The notes under the pieces were generated by a model. It saw nothing but the letters and a program-made list of their open reading frames with translations. It was not told where the DNA came from and did not search any database. Source: Orbicella franksi (Eukaryota). From it: 64,000 bases of DNA. Positions 12,001 through 23,329 of the stretch are shown piece by piece. A program made the translations under genes and the position numbers. Every line of letters begins with the position of its first letter. The stretch's first letter is position 1. Location: positions 3,844,001 to 3,908,000 of the forward strand of contig OZ116708.1 in the NCBI GenBank assembly GCA_964199315.1, given 5' to 3'.

Positions 12001-15000
12001 ACAATCTGACTCTATTCGTGCAAAAGTTTTTAAATAATCTTACATGTTTTTTATTGTTTTAAGCACTACTTTGTTAATTCTTTTACATACTTTTTACATA
12101 TTTTTACTTCATTAATAATTTTCACACATTCTTACCTCTTTGTAGCTATATATATCTATGCAAATTTTACTTCTTACATCTTGCTTGATAATGACCGAAG
12201 AGCGGTCGAAATGTCGCAAACTTTTACCGTTTATTTTTATTGTCAAACAATACTTTTGTTGAGAATAAACAGGCATTAATTGTAGAACTGAAAATAAGAA
12301 TAAAACATCTAAACATGGTCTTTCACGTTTGATATATTACGTTGCTGTATTTCTATGAAGTTTAATGAACTATATATTTGCACACACCACATTCAGGATA
12401 TAGTCCATGAGTGGAATAAAGGTCCGTTTCTCCTCTTCAGAATTCCTTAAAAAAAAGAAAAAGAAAAAGAAAAATGCATCCATGATCTCTTCAAAAGTTG
12501 TTATGAACACAGGTCAAAAACCCTGTTGCTTGCTTTACTATGATAATTTTATACTTGATACATTAGTTATACAAAAAGGTTTGCTACCAGTTGCTACTCA
12601 GAGATTTGTAACAAATTGACCAGTTTGATGTCTATAATGAAAAGACTGTCCACTAGACCATAAACCTGGTAATGCTACTTTTTGTATCAAGCACTCATTC
12701 ACAGATGTGAATGCTTTGCTATGTTTCCCAACTCTGTTCATTCACACTTCTTCACAAAAATTATGTCAATCTTGTAATAAAACATGGGAGAAGTTCTTCC
12801 TCCATTAGAGTATTAGCAGTCATACTTTGAGTTATCTCTGTTCTTGTCATTTTCAGCAAGGACCTTAGCAGTGCTGGTAGTGCTAGTAAAGCTGAATCTA
12901 TCTTCATCATCCTCTTCCTCGTCAGACATTGGTTCCTCAGTCACAGGAGGAACACGCCCAGAGCCTTGTCCTAATCCACTACCACTGTCCACTTCACTAC
13001 CATCTGGCTTAGCACCCATCTTGAAGCCAATGTACTTTGGGTCCCGGCCTAGTGCACAGACCTCTTGTAACAGCTGAAAGAAAGTGTTATCCATCACATT
13101 CACTGTAACACATCATGATAGAGAGATTAGGGTGCAAAACGAAAACATTTTGGGCTTGCCCTCTGAGCAAACTCAAACTATGATATCATCATCAGTCCTC
13201 ATCGCGGACACATAAGGCCTTAAAAAACTATGATATGTTAGCCTCAAAATCATTCTCACTAGCCCCCCAAAAGTCCAGCTCTTACTGTACTTGCATGAGT
13301 CAAATTTCTGCAAAAATGTTTCCAAGATAGTTCACGTGCAAGTGGAGGACAGCATCTACTAGCCCACCTGGAAAATCCACTAGTCCTGGGCTACTGGACA
13401 AGACTTTCTTTGTACGCTGCATTTATAAACATGCAGCTTTCATATCACAATTCTCTCATGGAATTTAACATACATTTATGAAAGTGTCAGCGAGACACAA
13501 ACTACCAAGTGACAAATGACTTTGCAAGGTGTAATAAAATACCTTGATTATGGCTGTCATAGCATCTGTTTTTAATGTGGGCTGGTGTCTCATCAGCTCA
13601 TCCATTGCTGTCCCAAGGTTTGAAGCAGTTTCACCTACATCAGACAAATACCTACATTTAATTCTCGAAAACAAACATCTTTGCAAACAGCTTACTTCCT
13701 TCATCCATACAACATACTGTAGGTGGACAAAATTTATCCTCATGTCACAGTAACGATGTTACAGATCGCAGCTGGGGCTCTGGCAATAACTTTTTTTCAG
13801 CTTGATTCTCAGGTATCTTTCAGGGAATGAAGGAAACAGAATAAGCTATTTTCATCCTCAAGCTAAAGGTATATCAGTGCAATATACACCCTCATATCGA
13901 TAAGTTTGTCTATTTTCTAGTTTGTATGTTGGCTATTGGCAATGTATTATTGTTGTTCAAATCTAAATGTACCAGCTTAATCCAGGATACACCTGCAATG
14001 TTTAACAAGCAATCCAACGACGCGAAACTGCTGGATTGAATTAATATAGCATTGGTTTGACAAACAACTCCATGACAAGACTTGGAGCTGCAGATACCGA
14101 CAATGCCATCATCAAGTTATGGCCTCCTAATTCTGTTAGGCAGCTAAGTTCCTCAAAGCATTACAGTACAATGACAAATTATGCTACAATTATCCTACCA
14201 AGGCTTTCTGAAGTTCTCCTACGTCTCATGGCTGGAAGGTAATCAGGAGACAACAGGACTCTGAACAACTTGTCAAAAGGCTTGCACCTCATGAATGCTT
14301 GGAGCCCTCTAGTATTCAAACACAGAGCACTAAGCACACTGGGCAATGAAGACAGAACTTCTCGTGTAGCTGGAACCTAGAACAAGAAATAAGACATGTT
14401 TGTAATCAACCTTCGACTTTAAAACATATCAAAATAAATACTCTTTAAATTAACAGGTTTCAAAATGTTCATTGACAAACTGACCTCTTTGACGACCAAG
14501 GCCTTCAGCATAACCGCAGTCAAACCATTGTCTTGGAGTGACGACAGGAGAGATGGCTCATGGAAGACATACACAGTCACAACATCAATAGCTGTTGGAG
14601 AAAGGATCAAATACTCACTCAAAATATAAATTCTCTGTGCTGTTTGTCATTGGATTATTTCATGATAAAGTTATCTTACCTGCTTGGGACTATCCACTGC
14701 TTCATATAAACAATAATGCTGTTTGTAAAATGACATTGTAATAAATCCTTTATTGACCAAGCTAGTTTGGTCAACATGACTGAATACTGGCATCATTTCT
14801 TCATTGAATGTTTTTGGATGTCAACAGTGTCTCTGTCCACAAATGTGTACGTAAAAAAAGAACTTGGCAAGCACACTGTACATGTGCTGTATCCCAAGAC
14901 CTTCAGCTCACACTTGGTCAATTAAACCACATAATTTATACTGTTGTTTTTGTTTGTTTCTAGTGTTAACCACAGAGCATGATTAAGTTTTTTGGAGAAG

Positions 15001-18000
15001 TTAAGTCATACCTGCCATGAAAAGGACAGGACCATAGTACTCCACATTGCTGATAACGTACTTCAGTGATGTTGGAAGTGAGCTATCCATGACTGAAATA
15101 AACCAATATGTTCAATTTATTGTAACACTTGCATACTTGTCCTGTCAAGCAAAGCATGATCAAAGCAATGGAAGCTAACTTTACCATTTCTGATGCTTTC
15201 TGAGAAGGATGGGTCAGGAATAGACTTCTTCAAAAAGCTAAGAACAGCCTTGATCAGAGCTGCTCGCTGAGGCAAGCATCGGCTCTTACTGACAGGACTC
15301 ACTGATGAGCTAGGGCCTGCTTCAGCAAGCTCAACCTGTGACTTTTCTTTTCCTGTTTCATGTTCATCCACTTCCATTTTGTTATCTTCTGTATTGTTGA
15401 CGTAAGGCTGTTCAGTCTCCATGGGGACTTCTTCTGACTGATGTGACTGTGAAGAAGCATCAGACTGCACTCCCTGGTTTTCACTGGTTTCCATGGCAAT
15501 ACCTTCTTGCTGGTTGGATGGAGCAGAGGGGAGGTCTGGGGACAATATGGCTCCATGATGCGGTTGGCATTTCTTTATTTCTTGCTGTATAATTCAACAA
15601 AAATAATAATTTATAGTTAAGTACATGTAGGATGTATACCTACTCAAGTACCATGTAACAATAACTCAAATTAAGTCCTGGTAACATAATATAAGATGGA
15701 CAAGCTAGACTTTACATGGGCCCAGTTATGCTTCATGGAAGCTCTTGTCATCAGCAATGTGATCAACTATGGCTAACTGCCACAGTACCAACCAAATGTA
15801 ACCTACATGTAAGCTAAGTTCAATTTCAGAAAATGCTGATTAACCTCAATGGCTTTCCTCAATGGCCTCAGGGTTTTTTCTTAGGTGCTTCACATGATTT
15901 CTATTTTGCTCAGTTTGTACCTGTTATGTACTTGATGTGTATGACCTTCTTTGTAATGATGATTTTAACACATGATAACTGACAGAAGGGAGTTTTGTTC
16001 TGACATAAACACAGGAAGTGGCATCTCAAAGTCAGGATCAAAACTTACATGTACCAAGCTAGCACTGATCGTAACTGTAAAAAATTACTTGCATTCTAAA
16101 TTACCTCAAGTCTGTTGATAATGGCCGTCAGTCCACTCTGATTCTGATACCCAGAGAGATCCATGTTGGCAATCCACTCCATGATGCGAATGGCTCTTGT
16201 CACAAACTTTTGATCAAACAGAAATCACATCAAAGTGATTAATCTAATCATTTTAGTATACACGTAAATCTACTAGTCGTTCAAAACTTTATCTAAATCC
16301 TCTTTACAGACACTTCAAAGAAGCCAAGAAGCAACCGTCATTTTGTTGACAAGGGCACACTGCTGTGCTGCTATCTATCTATCACAGAATGGACACTGAG
16401 CAGCGCAGCCAATCAGAGAATGGCATTCGTGACAGAACACTAGTGGATTTATACTAATAAGTATAATAATATTATACTTGGAATGGAAAAAGTAAGTATC
16501 ATGCTCCCATGGCACTTAATGATCATCATTTCTGGTAGTTAAACAAGCACTTTTTCAGAATTTATCCTTACTGTCAGATGACTATCTCCTCCCTGATGTT
16601 CCACTACTCTGAGAAGAGCTTCTAATAAGCCACATGAGACCAGAGCTTCAGCACCTGGATAAGGAAAAATGAAATGATGAACTACAGTTTTAAAACAACA
16701 ATGTTTCATGAAAATGTTGTAGTTCACGATCAGATTTTGTTAAGAATGAAATGTTAATGAAGCACAGTTGTCTGGCTATCAACACTCGATACCGGATTTT
16801 TAGCAACACTTTGTCACAAGCAAGTGGAAGCCTTACGTTATTAGTTTTGCAAGTCCCATGATATTTTATTGCTACAGTGAAAGAGTTTTTGAACTCCAGA
16901 ACAATATAAAGATTGTACATGTACTTACCAATTTCATAATACGCCAAGTGGTAGAGAAATGAAAACAAGCCAGTTGCAAAAGGCAATGGTAGTGAATCTC
17001 CCAATGGATCTAAAATTCACAAAGAAAGAAAATTCACTGTCAATAATAACAATATTCCGATTGACTCAGAACAAAGAAAAAAGTGAGAAAAGTTTGCAAA
17101 ACTATCAGAATTTTATAAACATCAACAGTGACAGTGAAATACACTGTTTAATAATACTGCAGGATTAATCTTTCCTCAGACTCTGACTAAATGTATCATA
17201 CTCGACAGTAATCAGGGGTTTTAATAACATTTTCAGCAGGGTGGCAACTGGTTTTCACGGGTGGGCAAAACTCTTTAACTGAACTTCTTTATAAGAAAAA
17301 CTTTCCACAAGATGGTCAAACCAGGCGAGCAAAATCATCCTCGCAGCCGGTCAATTTGCTTGGTGCCCAGCCCTTAATAAAACCCCTGAGTGTTGTACCT
17401 GTGAGAGCTTGAATGCAGTTTCGCGTGAGGGTTGGTAGATATCCATGATAAGATGCTAACCCTGTACAGTCAATGACAGTGTTCACTCTAAAATCAGGCA
17501 AAATATAAAACAGAGTATTTTAGGATCACATACCACACTGTTAAGTTCTACTGAAATTCATAAAACCAATGATCAGTGACTGTCATCTTGTGCTAAAAGT
17601 GTCCTGGAGGCCATCTATACACTTAGGTATACAGTGAAAGGGCTCCAAAAAAAATACCGTCCAGTTGTCTGAGACAAGTAGATTGCCCTTCTGGGCAAGT
17701 CACTCTTCATTTTCACTTGCTAGTAGTAGTGCTGCAAGTAGTGTTTGCTAGTTGTGTTTGCAAGTAGTGTCCACTAGACAAGTTGCATTTGCTACTTGTG
17801 TTTGCTACATGTAGTTGTGTTTGCAAGTACATGTAGTGTTCACTAGTTGTGTTTGCTAGTTGTGTTGCTTGTTGTGTTTGCTAGTGTTCAAAAAAAGTGC
17901 CAATCGGTTGCCTGGGACAAGCAGATTCTCCTTCTGGGAAAGTAGCTTTTAATTCTCACTTGCTCAACAGGCAAGGGACCAGGTAAGTCATCTGCCTACT

Positions 18001-21000
18001 AAATCATTAAAGGAGCAAACTAAGACTTGCCCGGAACAAGCAAAATTTTTGAGCTAGCTATCCCAAGGGCAGGCTGGAATTCAAGTTTTTTTCAAGCCCT
18101 GAGTAGTAACACAAAAGTGCGTTTTTTTTTTTGTTAAACTTATATGTGCAATTAAAGAAGTCGGTGATTTCTTGACACATGTACTACAAAATAATGATAC
18201 ATATCTTCATGACTCTCACACTCTTCTTTATATGCTTTAAGAACTTCTTTATGTGCTTTAGATTGATGTGTTCAGAGTACCTTGGACTGCACTCCATGTG
18301 CACAAGAGCAGTAAGTGTCCGGATGGCTGCTGTTCTAATATCCTGAAAAAAAGGATAACACGTAAACTGACATTACAGTGTATGCCATTGTAACCTACAA
18401 ATGTATACATGTAGTTCAATTGCACTTTTTAAATGACAGTTTCTGATAAAAAAGAATCCACATTATTAGCTTGACAATCTCAAAGATTGACAGTGGTTCA
18501 TGTCAAGCATGGACTTGAGTTAAATTGAGGACAAGGTTTGCCTCAGACTGGTAAAACCTTTGTAAACAAACATGTGAAGTTTGCCTCTGTTGATGTCAGA
18601 AATATTTTGCTGTAGATGGCATGTATATAGCTATTAGCAGCAGAAATAGTTGTGTAACCTCGGAAACTTACACTGAACTGAGGCTGATCGAGCTCAAGCA
18701 GTTCCACTGTTTCCTCTATGAATCCCTGGTATAGCAGTGGGTTTACAACATCCTGTGTGCTGTTTGAATACACTACAACAATAAATAACATAAAGGAGGT
18801 AAGCTTGGTACCACTGAATACCATAAAAAATTTAATTCCTAAAATGTGATCAACATCATATTCCTCATTTCAAAATCAATGCATTACTAAGCAGACAATA
18901 AAATTAATATGTACATGTATGCATTGTCCAAACTTAACACCATACTCTGTGAATAGATAATGGTAGGAATGTACTGTTATCCACAAGATGAATCATTCCA
19001 CTCAAAGACCATCCTAAAATCCTTCCAAATACTGACAGTTGAAGCTCGCAATCAATAGAAAAGAGAGATGAAATACAGGAACAGTCCTTACATAACACTG
19101 AGATAGCTTGCAGTCGAGCCTGGATACACTGTAATCTCTTCTCATAGATGGGAAAGTGTTTGGCCAATCGTATTCTACTGAACAGATTCACCTGAAAATA
19201 GTAATAAAATGTATCAGTCGGTTTCCTTTTAATCAGCATGCTAGAAACAAAAAAGTCTTGAAAGATTGTATGTGCATGCATAAGACAAGATTTGAATAGT
19301 TTTAGGAGGAAAAACTACACATCCAAACAAGTGGTGCAGTGGCCTCATGGTTAGTGCACTCGACTTTGGATCAAGTGGTCCAGGTGCAGGTTCTGGCCGG
19401 GGACATTGTGTTGTGTTCTTGGGCAAGACATTTGACTCTAACATAGCCTCTCTCCACCCAGGTGTATAAACGGTAACCTGCAAATCTAATGTTGAGGGTA
19501 ACCATACGATGGACTAGATAGCATCCCATCCCGGGGGGAGCACAAATATTCCTAGTGGCTTCGTGCTACAGAAACCACGATAAGCACTGACCTGATAGGC
19601 CACTTGGCTTGTAAGGAGACTTTGCCTTTATGTGGAAAAACTAGATTGTACATATCCAAGCAAGTGCACATCATAAATACAGTTTACAATGGATAACAAA
19701 TTATTACCTGCTTGTCAGTCGGTACATTGTAACAAGTTGTTACTTGTTCCATAACTTCTCCTGGATTCTCTGAAAACTAGTGAAGGAGAAAAATTAATAT
19801 AAAAGAATGTACACTCAATAATATGAACATATCTTTGTTTAACAGCAATCCCAACCTACATGTAGCACATGCTGTTAACTACACTCTTCAGACCATTAGA
19901 TCTAACTATTATCACTTATCTATCTGGGCTTGTCTTAAGAAGGAACACACTATTAGGACCTTACAAGGCCAGAACTGTCAGACATTCCTGCATCGATTCC
20001 TGTGCATTCTGCTAACCTATTGGCCACTGAACCCCCCTTCTCCCCCAAGAAAAAGTTTGATGTCTATCAGCATGAATGAATTTCATTGCAAATGAGGATA
20101 AAAGAAGTGGATGCGTACATTGAACAAGAAGCTACATGTAAACATGGAAATCATGAATAAGTTAAGAGGTCTACATGTACATCAATTTAGTATGCAAAAG
20201 TTTAGCAAAGTTTAATATCAGTCTACCTGGTAAAGTTGCTTGACATGTACAGAACACAGTTGACTGCCTGGTGTTTTTTCCTGCTGAGAGAATTAAAATT
20301 ACCCACTGGTCATTAACTAGATGTCCATGTACTATTTCAGTTTTATTCAGACTGTTCAGTCCAAGACAGCTGATTAAAACTAATACTATGTACATCCCAG
20401 CACTATCATGAATTAAAATAATTATAATTATAGTCAACCATTATACACACAACAAGATTAATCAAAAACAATTCTATGCTTTTCGCCAATACATGTACAT
20501 TTATGATCAGACACATAAATAGTAAACCTATGGCCAGGGTTGTTTGAAAGATGGATAATGCTATCCACTGGATAAATCACCATCGAGTTGGTAGCGTGGT
20601 TTAGTCAGCACTTGTCCACTGCACAGCAATATATCCAGCGGATAGCTAGCATATTCCAGCCTTCAAACAACCAGGGAATGCACTGCAAGAGGCTGAATAA
20701 TTATTATTTTTGCCATACCTGTGAGTCAGACTGAGGAGTATTGGCACTTTCATTGTAATACTCAAAGTAAACATCAGCACAGCTGGCAGGAAACTCCTAA
20801 ACAGAAAAAAACAAAAATTTAATGCAAATTACAATGTTACAATATTACAGACAAAAGTAACCATAATGATGAACTTAAGTTGAAAGCACATGGTTTTCAT
20901 ATACAAGTAGGTCCTCTACAAGTACTAACCCTTGCACATAAACCAGAGAACTACATAGTACTAATCATGCAGAACACAAGTAGTACTGTTGATCACAGCG

Positions 21001-23284
21001 AGCTCCACTTACCTTGAGAGGTAAATCCTGACAACAGTGAGCAAGACTGAACCCTGCATTCTTACCTCCCCATGTCTAACAAGATAAATATGATTTCAAA
21101 ATGGATTTAATAAAGTTAATTAGTAATTAAGTTAATTTTACAGTTCAAATAAACCTTGTTGTTATTGTTGTTGTATACTGTAGTTAAAAATGTCTCTCAC
21201 TTTGCTGAATGTTAATTTTTTCAAGGTTGTTACTTACCTCTCCTAAGCACTGAAGACGCTGTTGAATTGCCTTTCTCTTATCAGCTGGCAACCGTGGTAT
21301 GAAACTGGATCTCTTGCTATAGTAGATAAAAAGGTTAAGAATATGATTCTCAGACAATATTAGTTATGCAACACTCTTGAAATTTATAAGTAATATCTAC
21401 ACTACATGTATCAATAACAAACAATGCTCAAGGGTTTTAGATGTTTTTAGGCAAGAAGACCAGCAGATCAAAAGCTGTTGAAGTTTGATTGTTACTCCCT
21501 GTCGCCCTCATTTGGAAGCCAAATTCATGTAGCTGACATACTTTCTAGTTTATGGTAATTAATGGAAACCTTGCTTGCAAACAGCGTGCATTACACTGGT
21601 CACAAGTAACAGCACTACTCCAAAATAAATCTTTTACCATTTTCTTGAAGGTACATGTACCCAGGTAACTCTCACTGGGCTTTTAAATCAAGGTGAACAA
21701 CCTTTAAGTCTGATGAACATTTGCAACATACCTAAATACATAGAGCACTCCAAGAACAGAGAGCACAACTTCCATGTCACTTGCAACTAACAGAGAAACC
21801 AGATGCTACAAGCAAACAACAAATTCAAACATAAGTGAACACTGAGATTTATAAGGCCAAAAAGATTGCAAAGAACAGAGTCTGGTGGAAAGCTATGGTG
21901 GAAGCCCTATGCCTCATAAGAGGAAAAGAGGATTAAGTCAAGTTTGAGATTTTAATTGATTACCTTTTTAAAAAACATTCTGCAAGTAAAATATAACAGC
22001 TAGGGTGCTTCTTTTAACTCTGTCCAGCTTAATCCATGAGGCCAGGCAGAGTGAGTACTCGCACAAGGGAATAAAAAAGTTACATTCCACGATTACATTG
22101 GGTCATATTTTATACCTTGTTAGTCATCCTAAAGAGCATGTAATCAGAATGAAGTTTTTCAACACTGCAAGTCAGATTACTGGCACCAGATTCATTTTGT
22201 TTGCTCAGATTGGGGAGGGACAGGATGAGAGAGGGTAGGTTTATAGGGGTGACCTAGTGGAGGAAACTGACTTAAAATTTACCTACCTCTGATGAGCTGT
22301 AGAGATGTCTTGTATATGAGTGCTCCAACACCAGAGCAGTGAATCTCAGCACATGATTAACCAGACACCGTTGCTCAGTCTATGTCCAAAAAAATTAATG
22401 AATAACAATGTACTCTCACCTTGAAGACTCCTAAAAAATATTGCTACAAGATTATGAACTCATAATGTACTTTGCTGTACCATCAAAGCATGAATCTTCC
22501 CACTGTCATACCCTCAAGCAACTGCCAGACTGCACATAGATATACATATGTATGCCATTCAAGGCTGCGGTCTAAAAAAATTAAGAAGAGCCCCTAAAAT
22601 CCTGGGTGCCCAGCACTCAAGCTTAATTATATGAATAGAGTATGTTTTACCAGTCGCCCAAAAGTAAAAGCTAGTAGCCTATGGTACCCAGGTGCTTCTA
22701 ACGCAGAGCCCTGCCATTGGTGATTGAAATTTTAAGGGAGGAATTCCTGAAATAAATCATGTCTGTGCAAAATTGAGTGAATGAAGAGAAATTCTCTCTA
22801 TATTTTAGTCTACAGTATTTACCGCTATGTCAGGTCCTTCAAGCTGATCTAACTTGTCATAAGTGAGAATCCAACTACTTCCGTTGACTGGTTTAGCAAC
22901 ACTTGCCAAGATATCATCAAATTTGTCCATGACATCAACCCAGTGTTGAAGCTCACACTAAAGAAACAACATTAGAAGCAAAATTTAAGATTTGTATTTT
23001 CAGTACATGTAAAATGTACACAAGTTTAGTAAATAGCCCAACGAAAATATCTGCACTGATTGGTTAAAAATCGTGTTTCTATAACTTGATAGAAACACAA
23101 AATTAGCACAAGCTGTTGATGTTATGATGATGAGAGCAAAGATAATTTACATTTTGATGATCAAAGTAAACAATTTGTTTTCCTTTTTTATCACAAAATT
23201 CTCTAAAAGAAACAGAAAACATGTTCTCCATGTTTCTAATGAGTTTTAGTATAAATCTACTAGCGCTCTATAATAATAATAGTA

Positions 23285-23329
<45 letters not shown>

